Of a stretch of 64,000 nt of DNA, positions 1 through 17,186 are shown in pieces. The stretch lies in the NCBI RefSeq assembly GCF_009914755.1, contig NC_060933.1; one strand, written 5' to 3'. Each line of letters starts with the position of its first letter. Positions within the stretch are counted from its first letter, which is position 1. The DNA is from the human T2T-CHM13v2.0 reference genome, Homo sapiens. The translations under genes were made by a program, and so were the position numbers. The notes beneath the pieces are model-generated. The model was not told the origin of the DNA. It made no database searches and worked only from the letters and a program-made list of their open reading frames with translations.

Positions 1-3654
<3,654 letters not shown>

Positions 3655-3719
3655 TATGATATTTGCTGGTTATTTTGCCCATTAATTGATGCAGTTTCTT
3701 CATAGCATTGATGGTCTTT

Positions 3720-4737
3720 ACAGTTTTGCCTGTTTTTGCGGTGGCTGGTACCGGTTGTTTCTTTCCATGTTTAGTGCCTCCTTCAGGAGCTCTTGTAAGG
3801 CAGGCCTGGTGGTGACAAAATCTCTCAGCATTTGCTTCTCTGTAAAGGATTTTATTTCTCATTCACTTTTGAAGCTTGGTTTGACTGGATATGAAATTCT
3901 GGGTTGAAAATTCTTTTCTTTAAGAATGTTGAATATTGGTCCCCACTCTCTTCTGGCTTGTAGAGTTTCTGCTAAGAGATCTGCTGTTAGTCTGATGGGC
4001 TTCCCTTTGTGGGTAACTCAACCTTTCTCTCTGGCTGCCCTTAACACTTTTTCCTTCATTTCAACCTTGGTGAATCTGACAATTATGTGTGTTGGGGTTG
4101 CTCTTCTTGAGGAGTATCTTTGTGGTGTTCTCTGTATTTCCTGAATTTGAGTGTTGGCCTGCCTTGCTATGTTGGGGAAGTTCTCCTGGATAATACCCTG
4201 AAGAGTGTTTTACAACTTGGTTCCATTCTCCCCATCACTTTCTGGTACACCAATCAAATGTAGTTTGGTCTTTTCACATAGTCCCATATTTCTTGGAAGC
4301 TTTGTTTGTTCCTTTTTGCTCTTTTTTCTCTAACTTTATCACTTCATTTCATTAATTTGATCTTCAGTCACTGATACCCTTTCTTCCACTTGATTGAATC
4401 GGCTATTGAAGCTTGTGCATGTGTCACAAAGTTCTCGTGCCAAGGTTTTCAGCTCCATCAGGTCATTTAAGTTCTTCTCTACAGTGTTTGTTCTAGTTAG
4501 TCGTTCATCTAATCTTTTTTCAAAGTTTTTGGCTTCCTTGCGATGGGTTCGAACCTCCTCCTTTAGCTCTGAGAAGTTTGTTATTACCGACCTTCTGAAG
4601 CCTCCTTCTGTCAACTCGTCAAAGTCATTCTCCGTCCATCTTTGTTCCATTGCTGGCAAGTACCCGCACTCCTTTGGAGGAGAAGAGGTGTTCTGATTTT
4701 TAGAATTTTCAGCTTTTCTCCTCTGGTTTCTACCCAT
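3720..4737 (-). pseudogene. Disrupted L1 ORF1 (RNA-binding coiled-coil protein)
   Basis: MGRNQRRKAENSKNQ... start at 4737 with coiled-coil sequence. Premature stop at 4339. The 3' boundary is approximate. Confidence 0.9.
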
Positions 4738-5754
4738 CTTGTTGGTTTTATCTACCTTTGGTCTTTGATATTGGTGACCTACAGATGGGGTTTTGGTGTA
4801 GATGACCTTTTTGTTGATGTTGATGCTATTCCTTTCTGTTTGTTAGTTTTCCTTCTAACAGTCAGGTCCTTTAGATGCAGGTCTGTTGGAGTTTGCTAGA
4901 GTTGCACTCCGGACACTGTTTGCCTGGGTATCGCCAGCGGAGGCTGCAGAACAGCAAATATTGCTGCCTGATCCTTCCTCTGGAAGCTTTGTCCCAGAGG
5001 GGCAGCCGCCTATATGAGGTGTCTGTTTACCCCTACTGGGAGGTGTCTCCCAGTTAGGCTACGTGGCGGTCAGGGACCCACTTGAGGAGGCAGTCTGTCC
5101 GTTGTTGGAGCTCAAATGCTGTGCTGGGAGAACCACTGCTCTCTTCAGAGCTGTCAGACTGGGACGTTTAAATCTGCAGAAGTTGTCTGCTGCCTTTTGT
5201 TCAGCTATGCCCTGCCCACAGAGGTGGAGTCTAGAGACAGTAGGCCTTGTTGAGCTGCAGTGGGCTCCACCCAGTTCGAGCTTCCCTGCTGCTTTGTTTA
5301 CCTACTCAAGCCTCAGCAATGGCGGATGCCCCTCCCCCAGCCAGGCTGCTGTCTCACAGATCATCTCAGACTGCTGCGCTAGCAGTGAGCAAGGCTCCAT
5401 GGGTGTGGGAGGTGCACAGCCAGGTACGGGAGAGAATCACCTTGTCTGCCGGTTGCTAAGACCTTGGGAACAGCACAGTATTTGGGCGGGAGTGTCCTGT
5501 TTTTCCAGGTAGTCTGTCATGGCTTCCCTTGGCTAGGAAAGGGAAATCCCCTGACTCCTTGAGCTTCCCTGGTGAGGTGATGCCCTGCCCTGCTTCGGCT
5601 CACCCTCTGTGGGCTGCATCCACTCTCCAACCAGCCCCAGTGAGATGAACCAGGTACCTCAGTTGGAAATGCAGAAATCACCCATCTTCTGCATTGATCA
5701 TGCTAGGAGCTGCAGATCGGAGCTGTTCCTATTCGGCCATCTTGGAAAGCCCTC
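4738..5754 (-). promoter_or_regulatory. L1 5'UTR internal promoter (sense) with antisense promoter region; intact YY1 motif at 5734-5744
   Basis: CAAGATGGCCG lies near the element start (plus strand cggccatcttg). Many CpGs have decayed. Promoter activity is not demonstrated by the sequence. Confidence 0.8.
5319..5512 (+). pseudogene. Frameshifted L1 ORF0 homologue
   Basis: gcaATGG start giving MADAPPPARL..., then ISDCCASSEQGSMGVG...GVSCFSR* in another frame. This resembles L1HS ORF0 (MAGAPPPASL...ISDCCAS...GVTRFSR). Confidence 0.75.
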
Positions 5755-6880
5755 ACAAAGTATCTTTTTAAATGCAGTTGGAGGTCTTTTGTGCCTCTTT
5801 TTGATGAATCTCAATTTGGAAAAACAACTCTTAAATGCTTTCTGTATTTTTCATTAAATGGAAGGGTATAGGAAGGGTATAGGCCCAGGTGAATGAATGA
5901 AAATGCTCTTATACTGTTATTTTACACAGAAACCAGAGATGATATCACAACCAGTTAAGCTTATTTCACATTTGTTGATTGTAGAAAATTTCACTTCTCT
6001 CCCACTCTCAGTTCTGGTGGGCTGACTCCATGCTTTATGCCGTTGCTCTTGGTTCTAAATGTCCAGGCTCCCACTTGCAATTTGGATTTGCCATTACAGG
6101 TGTCTGCTCCTTATGGGTCTGGCACCCTTGTTAGCAGAAGCCTTGGGAGTCAGCAGAAGGCTCCCAATGAATAACCAAGCTGGATTACCAGAGGAAAAAA
6201 ACATAGCAAAAGCTGGACAAAGGTGGTGACCCAGAGAAGAATCAGGCATAAGAGCCAGCCCACCAAAGAAGCACAACAGGAACAAAGCAGTTAGATGTGT
6301 TCTGTGTGTGCAGGCGACAGAAGCAAGCAACAGAAACCAGCTCTGCATAACTTGTGCAGAAAATAAATGTTTAGAAAGGATGTTGGGGACCTAACAGCCC
6401 CCTTCCTAACAGAAGGAAGTGGTGAACATCAGTCTTTGGAAAAGACAGAAGCGAAGGCAACTGCAGGCATCTAAGTACCAGGATTCAGTGGACAGTTCTT
6501 CAAGGACCCACAGCTGGAATGAACAACCTCCAACCATGCTCGTATTCTGAGCCACTCAATTGAAGATTCATAGGCCCTCCTCTGGAATCAGAGGGAGAGT
6601 GGAGGAGAGAGAGAAATAGGAGAACAAGGAAAATGTAAGCTATGTTGCTGGAAGAAAAGAGAATGATGACAGATAGATAAAAAGAACAGCTATCCCCTAA
6701 AGGAAGACACAGACACCACCCTACTGACACCCAGAGATGACCTGAACGAGTACCTAGCTGTAGGCTAGGCCAAGATGTTTTTCAAAAATTACTTTTGGAT
6801 TTTTTTCTAATACAGAAAGACAGGACAGACCTAGGCCCGAAGATCTACACCAGAGGTCATGGTTCAATAATTTTATTCTA

Positions 6881-7242
<362 letters not shown>

Positions 7243-7295
7243 GGTAAATATAACCAGAAGCCTATAGCTCAGGATAGGTTAGTTGTAAAATATAA

Positions 7296-7662
<367 letters not shown>

Positions 7663-8579
7663 GGCTTTGGTTTTAAAGTAATTGAGCTACATATCCCTCT
7701 GCCAACAACTAGAGAGAAAAGATGGAAACTCACTACTAATCTGTTTATAAAACTGTCATTTGCATATAGAGGAAAACTTAATTTGCTGTTTCTTTCTAGC
7801 AGGAGGGCTTACAATTAGCTCATCCCAAAGAGAAAGGAACAAAACACATTCTTGTTTTATCCCACTGGAAAATATCATGCTCTCTGTTAGAAGCCTGTCA
7901 AAGCATAACTCAGACTTTTAGTCAGAGCACAGCTGAAGCTTAATCATATGTATTGGGAGATTAATTATGTATAGATTGTGTGTCTGGGCAAAGGCAAAGC
8001 AGAGTGCAGGATACATAAAAGGAAAATCCATTGTCTGGGGCACATAGAGTCTGTCTGTCTCTGTCTTTTTTTTATTTGGTCTGTGGGCAAACTGATTAGC
8101 CAACCAACACTATCAAGAAGGTATATGATTAGGGAAGGCAGTTTTAGTTATATGAGGGCTTCCAGAGAGTGTTGTGATTTCAGGTTGGAGGGTATACGAT
8201 GTTATTTGTCTGCTCTCTTTCCATTGGTGCCTCCACCTTGGTTAGACAAGGTCTGCACCATTTTCTGATTGTGTCTTAAGACCTGTCCCTAGACCTTGAC
8301 TTTCCAGGTAGCACTAAGGTGCAGATTCCATGTGATCATCAACAGCTGGGACCTATCTTGATACTCTCAAAGCTTAGGTCATCACTGATTTTCATTCCTA
8401 AAATTCTATGGGGTGGAAAAGTATAAACCAGAGATCATGGGTAATATCATTGCCTCAAGTCTGCTTAGCACTGGAATGGAAGATTTGGCTTGCAATCGAT
8501 GAAGAAAACTCACCTATACTTTAGGGACGTAGAGGTAAGCTTAAACACAGGTCTACATTTGTGGAGGGTAAAAGAACTG

Positions 8580-9536
8580 CCCTTTTCACTATTAAGTAGG
8601 ATTTTAGTTGTAGGTTTTTCATAGGTACTCTGTATCATCTTCAGAATGTTCTCATTTATTCCTAGTTTCCTGAAAGTGTTTTTTTTGTTTTTCCTTTTTT
8701 TTTCAATGAATACATGTTACATTTGTCATATACTTTTTTCTAGATCTAATGAGACAATCACATGGATTCCCTTTGCTAATATTCTGTCAGGCTTCTTTAT
8801 CTATGTTCGTGAACAAATATTGTTGTAATTTTTTTTCTTATAATGCCTCTATCAAATTTTGGTTCAGAGTTATGTTGGCATCATAAAACTAGCTGGAATG
8901 GGGTGTCTTCCTCTTTTATTTTCTGAAAGAGTTTAGGTTGAAGTGCTATTGTTTCTTCCTTAAATGTTTGATAGAAATCACTAGTGAAATGATCTGGATT
9001 GAATTTTTCTTGGTTGAAAGGTTTCTAATTACAAATTCAATTTATTTAATAGATATAGAACTACTCAGATATTTATATTTCTTTTTGTATTCTTTCAATA
9101 AGTCGCATTTTTCAGGAAATTTTTGGTAATATCATCTACTTTTTAAAATTTATTGACATAAAGTTTTTCATAATGTCCTCTTAATCTTTTTAATGTGCAT
9201 AGGAATCTATACTGATGCCCCCTTTCATTCCTGATATTTGTTTTGTTTCTTTTCTATTAATTTTAAGAGATTTATTAACTATTCCAAAGTACCAACTTTT
9301 GTTTTTATTGACTTTTTTATTGTTTATCTTTCATTTTCATTCTTTTTTTTATTTTTCTTCTATGTATTTTGGGTTTAATTTTTTCTTTAGCTAGCATCTT
9401 AAAAACTTAGGCCATTCAAACATCTTTTTCCTTTTCTAATATTAATATTTCAAGTTATACATTTCCTTTTAAGTACATTAGATGCATGCCACAAATTTTG
9501 ATTTGTTTTATTTTAGCTGTCATTTAGCTTGAAATA
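8580..9536 (-). mobile_element. Ancient L1M ORF2 fragment (host of the L1PA13 insertion)
   Basis: T-rich degenerate antisense L1 ORF2 sequence that resumes after 13465. Confidence 0.75.
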
Positions 9537-12500
9537 TTTTATTTTTTTAAAAAAACTTTTGATTTCAGGGGTACATATGCCAGTTTGTTACATAGGTAGA
9601 CTTGTGTCATGGGAGTTTGTTGTACAGATTATTTCATCACCCAGGTATTATGTCTAGTACCCATTAGTTGTTTTTCCTGATCCTCTCCCTCCTCTTACCC
9701 TCTACTATCCAATAGGCCCCAGTGCGTGTTGTTCCCCTCTATGTGTCCATGTGTTCTCATCATTTAGCTCCCACTTATAAATGAGAACATGAGGTATTTG
9801 GTTGTCTGTTCCTGTGTTAATTTGCTATGGATAATGGCCTTCAGCTCCATCCATGTCCCTGCAAATGACATGATCTTGTTCTTTTGTGTGGCTACATAAT
9901 ATCCCATGGTGTATCTGTAACACATTTTCTTTATCCAGTCTACCATTGATGGATATTTAGGTTGATTCCATTTCTTTGCTATTGTGAATAGTGCTGAAAT
10001 GAACATATGCATGCTTATGTTTTTATAATAGAATGATTTCTATTCCTTTGGGCATATATTCAGTAATGGGACTGCTGGGTCAAATGGTGTTTCTGTCTTT
10101 AGGTCTTTGAGGAATTGCCACACTGTCTTCCACGATGGTTGAACTAATTTACACTTCCACCAACAATGTATAAGGATTCCTTTTTCTCCACAACCTCACC
10201 AGCATCTTTTATTTTTTGACTATTTAATAATAGCCATTCTGAATGGTGTGAGATGGTATCTCATTATGTTTTTGATTTGCACTTCTCTAATAATCAGTGA
10301 TGTTGAGCCTTTTTCATATAATTGTTGGCCACATGTATGTCTTCTTTTGAAAAATGTCTGTTCATGTCCTTTGCCCACTTCTTAATGGGGTTGTTTGGTT
10401 TCTTTTCTTGCAAATTTGTTTAAGTTCCTTATTTATGCTGGATATTAGACCTTTGTCAGATGCATAGTATGCAGAAATTTCTCTGATTCTTTAGGTTGTC
10501 TGTTTACTTTGTTGATAGTTTCCTTTGCTATGCAGAAGCTCTTTAGGTTTAATTAGATCCCACATGTCATTTTTTTGCTTTTGTTGTCTTCATCATAAAA
10601 TCTTTGCCTGTGCCTATGTCCTGAACATATTGCCAGGTTGTCTTCTAGAGTTTTTATAGCTTTGGGTTTTACATTTGTCTTTAATCCATCTTGAGTTAAT
10701 TTCTGTATATAGTATAAGAAAGGGATCAAGTTTTAATCTTCTGCATATGGCTGGCCAGTTATCCTAGCACCATTTATTGAATAGAGATTTCTTTCCTTAT
10801 TGCTTGTTTTGTCAGGTTTGTTGAAGAACGGATAGTTGTAGGTGTACAGTCTTATTCTTGGGTTCTGTATTCTATTCCATTGGTCTATGTGTCTGTTTTT
10901 GTACCAGTACCATGTTGTTTTGGTTACTGTAGCCCTGTAGCATAGTTCGAAGTCAGGTAGTGTGATGCCTACAGCTTTGTTCTTTTTGCTTATGATTGCC
11001 TTGGCATTTTTGGTTCCATATGAATTTTAAAATAGTTTTTTTTCTAGTTCTGTGGAGAATATCAATGATAGTTTAATAGGAATAACATTGAATCGGTAAA
11101 TTGTTTTGGACAGTGTGGCTATTTTAATGATATTGATTCTTCTTATCCATGAGCATGGAATATTTTTCCACATGTTTGCATCATCTCTGATTTCTTTGAG
11201 CAGTGTTTTGTAGTTCTCCTTGTAGAGATTTTTCACCTTTAACACAGTTAGCTGTATTCCTAGGAATTTTATTATTTTTGTGGCAATTGTGAATGGGAGT
11301 GCATTTCTGATTTGGCTCTCAGCTTGACTGTTGTTGGTGTATAAAACTGCTAGTGATTTTTGCACATTGATTTTGTATCTTGAGATTTTGCTGAAGTTGT
11401 TTATCAGCATCAGCTTCAGAAGCTTTTTGGCTGAGACTATGTGGTTTTCTAGCTATAGGATCATGTTGTCTGCAAACAGGGATAGTTCAACTTCCTGTCT
11501 TCCTATATGGATGCTCTTTATTTCTTTCTCTTGCCTGATTACCCTGCAGGGACTTCCACTACTACATTAAACAGGAACGGTGAAAGAGGGCATCCTTGTC
11601 TTGTGCCGGTTTTCAAGGGGAATGCTTCCAGCTTTTGCCCATTCAGTATGATATTGGCTGTGGGTTTGTCATAGATGGCTCTTATGATTTTGAGTTGTGT
11701 TCCTTCAATACCTATTTTACTGAGAGTTTTTAATGTGGATCAATGTTGAATTTTATCAAAAGCCTTTCTGTATCTATTGAGATAATAATGCGGTTTTTGT
11801 CTTTAATTCTGTTTCTGTGATGAATCACATTTATTAATTTGCATATGTTGAACCAACCTTGCATCCTAGGGATAAATCCTACTTGATTATGATGGATAAG
11901 CTTTTTGATGTGCTGCTGGATTTGGATTGCCAGTATCGTGTTGAGGATTTTTGCATTGATTTTCATCAAGAATATTGGCTTAAAGTTTTCTTTTTTTGTT
12001 GTTGTATCTCTGTCAAATTTTGGTATCAGGATGATGCTGGCCTCATAGAAAGAGTTAGGGAGAAGTCTCTCCTGCTCATTTTTTGGGAATAGTTTTAGTA
12101 GAAGTGGTACCAGCTATTCTTTGTACATCTGGTAGAATTTGGCTATGAATCCTTCTGGTCCTGGGCTTTTTTGGTTGGTAGGCTGTTTATTACTGCCTCA
12201 ATTTCAGAGCTCATTATTAGTCTGTTCAGGGATTCCATTTCTTCCCGGATCAGTCTTAGGAGGGTATATGTGTCCAGGAATTTATCCATTTCTTCTACAT
12301 TTTCTAGTATAGGTGCATAGAGGTGTTCATAATATTCTCTTGGTGGTTTGTATTTCTGTGAGGTCAGTGATGATATCCTCCTTGGTGTTTCTGATTGTGT
12401 TTATTAAATCTTTTCTCTCTTCTTTATTAGTCTAGCTAGCAGTCTATCTATTAAGTTTTTCAAAAAACCAACTCCTGGATTTGTTGATCTTTTGAATGCT

Positions 12501-13465
12501 TTTTGTGTACGTGTGTGTGTGTCTCAATCTCTTTCAGTTCAGCTCTGATTTTTGTTATTTCTTGTCTTCTGCTAGATTTGGGATTCGTTTGCTCTTACTT
12601 CTCTAGTTCTTTTAGTTGTGATATTAGGTTGTTAACTTGGGATCTCTCTAAATTTTTGATGTGGGCATTTAATGCTATAAATTTCCTCTTAACAATGACT
12701 TAGCTGTGTCCCAGAGATTCTGGCATGTTGTATCTTTGTTCCCGTTAGTTTCAGAGATCTTGACTACTGCCTTAATTTCATTATTTACCCAAAAGTCATT
12801 CAGGAGGAGGTGATTCAATTTCCATGTAATTGTATGGTTTTGAGTAAATTTCTTGGTTTTGATTTCAAATTTGATTGCTCTGTAGTCTGAGAGACTGTTA
12901 CGATTTCAGTTGTATTGCATTTGCTGAGGAGTGTTTTACTTTTTATGTGACTGATTTTAGAGTATGTGCCACGTGGCAATGAGAGGAATATATATTCTGT
13001 TGTTTTTGGTTGAAGAGTTCTGTAGATGTCTGTCGTTTCCATTTAATCGAGTGCTGAGTTTGGATCCTGAGTATTTTTGTTAATTTTCTGTCTTGATGAT
13101 CAGTCTAATATTGTCAGTGGGGTGTTAATAGTCTCCTACTATTATTGTGTGGGGACCTAAGTCTCTTTGTAGGGCTCTAAGAACTTGCTTCATAAATCTG
13201 AGTGCTCTTGTGTTGGGTGAATATATATTTAAAATAGTTACATTATCTTGTTGAATTGAACCCTTTACCATTATGTAATGCCCTTCTTTGTCTTTTTTGA
13301 CCTTTGTTGGTTTAAAGTCTGTTTTGTCAGGAACTAGGATTGCAACCCCTGCTTTTTTCTGTTTTTCATTCACTTGGTAGATTTTTCTCCATACCTTTAT
13401 TTTGAGTCTATGTTTGTCATTTCATGTGAGGTGAGTCTCTTGAAGACAGAATACCAATGGGTCTT
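9537..13465 (-). mobile_element. 5'-truncated L1PA13-like LINE-1 (~3.9 kb)
   Basis: 3'UTR cttgtgtcatggg...gattatttcatcacccaggtatta, typical of L1PA13-era elements. ORF2 remnants include [16 protein letters not shown] and [19 protein letters not shown]. Confidence 0.88.
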
Positions 13466-14080
13466 TCATTTTGATAATTTCTTTTGACCTGTGTTTGAGT
13501 TCAGTGGTGTTTTTCTTCTGTACTGTCCAGTCTGCTGTTAATTTCATTCAATGAATTTTTGGTTCCAGATACTTTAGCTTTCTGTTCTAGGATTTCTTTT
13601 TTGTTTTTTTGTTAGATTTCATATCTTTCCTAAGTTTTCTTATCTTTTTATTCATCATATCCATATATGCCTATAGATTCCTTGACATACTTAATATAGG
13701 TATTCTAAAGTCCTTATTTGCTAATTTCAATATCTGAGTCATCTGTAAGTCTGTTTCAGTTTACTATTTTTTTCTTTGTGGCTACAGGTCACATTTTCCT
13801 TCTTTATATGTTTAGTGATTTTTAATTATATGCTGTACATTAAAAATAATATATTGAGGAGACCTGGGATTTATCTTCCTCTGAAGACTGTTGAACTTTC
13901 AGGCAGTTAAGTTACTGGTGGCCTCCCTTAACTTTGTGGAGGGTTGATTTTGGGCTTTGTTAGACTGTCCTAAACTGATGTTGCTCTTAGGCTTAGGGTA
14001 TACTTTCTTCTAATGTGTGGACCTTTTGGGGGTTTAATGGGAAGTCCAAGGTGTTCAACAAGTCCCTTTATATAGGTAAT
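13466..14080 (-). mobile_element. Ancient L1M fragment (ORF2 to ORF1/5' region)
   Basis: Continues the host L1M, then gives tctgctgttaat...aatgaattttt...ttctaggatttc, typical of old L1 ORF1 antisense. The end is approximate. Confidence 0.6.
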
Positions 14081-14269
14081 TGGCAAGAACATATGTAATT
14101 ATATTATGGGGGAGTCTTGCCACATAGGCTACTTTCTATTCCATTTAGGCCCTAGGCTTGGCTTGTTTATTTGTTTTAATCACATATGTTTTTAAGAAAC
14201 ATTTATAAGAATATGAATAAAATAAATATTACCTGAATAGAGGAGATCCCGCATCTTAAAAATCAAATA

Positions 14270-14635
14270 TAGATAGTCCCTGACTGATGATGGTTTGACT
14301 TATAATTTTTTTTACTTTATGATGGTTCAAAAGCAATACTCTTTCAGTAGATATCATACTACAAGTACACATATAACCACTCTGTTTTTCACTTTCAGTA
14401 TAATACTCAATAAATTACATGAGATACTCAACATTTTGTTATAAAATATTCTTTGTGTTAGATGATTTTGCCCAAATGTAGGCTAATGTAAGTATTCTGA
14501 GCATATTTGAAGTAAGCTAGCCTAAGCTATGATGCTTGAGAGGTTAGGTGTATTAAGTGCATTTTTGACTTACAATATTTTCACTTATGATGGGTTTATT
14601 GGGATGGAACTCTGATGTAAGTAAAGGAGCGTCTG
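14270..14635 (-). mobile_element. MER47A (TcMar-Tigger MITE), complete
   Basis: 366 bp with terminal inverted repeats (tagatagtccctgact... / ...gtaaaggagcgtctg) and TA on both sides. Confidence 0.88.
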
Positions 14636-15739
14636 TATTTTCTGACCCAAATAGAAAACTTATCATGTTCAAATTTGGTGGGTGAATGCAAGCCCACTGC
14701 TCTTTCAATTGCTTTATGTTTTATTTGTAATATTTTCAAACATCTTAAGCCCATTATCTATTAAAAGACACTAAGATACTTAAATTTTCTTCTGAAAATA
14801 TGTGTATATCTTTCTGGCTGTTAATTACCAATTTTGGTGATTATTGATAAGCTATATATTGGTAGGCTAAATGCCAATCTAATATAATAATTGGAAAAGT
14901 TCTGAGTAGGCAAAAGTTGCCTCCATACTTGTTTGGCCATGGTTGGCATACGTATTTAGTTTTTTAATCATCTCTTTTTCTTTTTACTACATATTAACAA
15001 AATGTCTCCTCATTATGTTAGCAGAATCCTGCCTATTATTTAGGCACAGAGTTATTCAGCTGTAACATTGCAGTCAACTAGGTGTATTTCTACTTTAGCA
15101 TCCCTATCATCATTGTTTTAATTATAACATTTGTTCTTACAAAGATGTTCATACATTTTTGACAGGAACATTTTCCCATCAGACTTTTCTTAGTCCATAC
15201 TGTCTCCAATTATGCCTGGACACAAGTGGGCATTTTGCGTACCTCTTCTCCAGTTGTGCTAGTCAACACTTACCTATGCCTTGTCCCCCTTTGATGACTG
15301 TTTACCTTTACCACATTTATAGAAATTTTTCAAATGATGATGGAAAACTGCCACATTAAATGGTATCCTAAGAGCTCTTAAAGAATGCTAAATTTCTTAA
15401 TAAAATATCGAAAGATACCAAAAACAAAAATTTTCAACATCCCAAATTGAGACAAATGACCTATTGTTACCTTCTAGAAGGAATTTTCACTAATTATAGT
15501 CAATGGAGTTGGGTAGAGAAAAGTAGTCAGGGTCTTAACCATGCTCTGCTTCAGGAAAAGAGAACAGCTTCACATTCCTTAAAGAGGTAGAGCAAGAGTT
15601 CCTCACTTCCTCACGCTCTGCTCCTTCATCTGTATTATTCAAAAAATTGGGCAGCTTTATCTCTATTCATTTCAAGGCATGTATTCTATGATCTTGTATT
15701 ATACTAGAAGAAAATAGGGAGGAATTATTGTTTGTCCAC

Positions 15740-16600
15740 TGTAATCTTGGAGTGTAGCTAATGAGAAAAGTAGTCCAGGACGAGGAAAAGAGAGTAGCGT
15801 AGATGGAGGCACCTTAATGAAGATAGGGAACATGGGATGGAAGAGCAAATTTGGATGAAATATGATTACTTCAGTTTTGTATATACTGTGTTTTACTGCA
15901 ATCATTGAGACTTGAGGCACTTCACATTTTATCATCGTTGAGACTTTTCATATAGAATCAGGTGAAATTATTGGTAGGAACTTGGCCAGTTGAATAGACT
16001 TTAAGGTGGAAGTGATATGGATTTGGAAAACATGTCATAGTTGAAACCATGGATATAGATGAGAAAAGAGAAAAGGGCTTGCATAAATCCCCAAGATGCA
16101 CCAACTTTAAATTTAGGCAAAGGAAAAGGAGCAGGCTGAGTTAAGGAGGGACAGAAAGAGAGATGGAAACAAGTCAAAGAGAGAGTGATCTCTCAGAATC
16201 CAAGGGAGAAAAGTGTTTCAAGAAAGAAGGAATAGATCACAGTGTGAAATGCTTCAGATTAAGTAGGTATGTAAGTTGTGTGTATGCATTAAGCAAGTAT
16301 TAAATAAGAGTAAGTAAGATGAATGCTGGGAAGTGCTTACTGTAATTGAGTGTTATTTAGTCATTGATTATCTTTGGCAAAAACATTTCAGAGGAATGGT
16401 GGAGGTAGGAGAGATTCCCATGAGTTGAGTGCATGAGAGGGCCGAAATAAGGGTCACAAAAGTCTTTCTAGAAATTTCACTTTTAAAGTAAAATAAGGGG
16501 CAGTAGCTAGAAGGTTATGCAGGATCAAGGGAGGTTTTTATTGTTTGTGAGAAAGACTTGAATACATTTATATTTTTGAGGGAAGGAAGCAAAGAGATTG
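15740..16600 (-). mobile_element. L2 LINE fragment
   Basis: GA-rich antisense L2 including gtgtttcaagaaagaagg...gtgtgaaatgct...aagtaagatga, the antisense of the LILLDLSAAFD region. Confidence 0.75.
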
Positions 16601-16793
16601 ACAGGAGAGAGAATAAACAGCATGTTCATTCTCTGAACCTAGAGAGGAACAGGTACATTTATTGACAAAGAGACAACTTACTCTGTGATTCACAGGACCC
16701 AACTTAGAGATTTTTGGATCCTTGAGTTCTCAAGTGAAATTAGGTTGGTGCTAGGGCTCATAGAGGGCTTTAACGTAAAGTTTGACTTGGCTA

Positions 16794-17186
<393 letters not shown>

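Noticed and set aside
5860-5883. Short tandem doublets (ggaagggtata x2; similar ones at ~36755 and ~51466)
   Set aside because: Ordinary slippage duplications with no sign of function.
14850-15475. Possible hAT (Blackjack-like) fossil
   Set aside because: Only a vague terminal resemblance near 15440-15472; not enough to call without a search.
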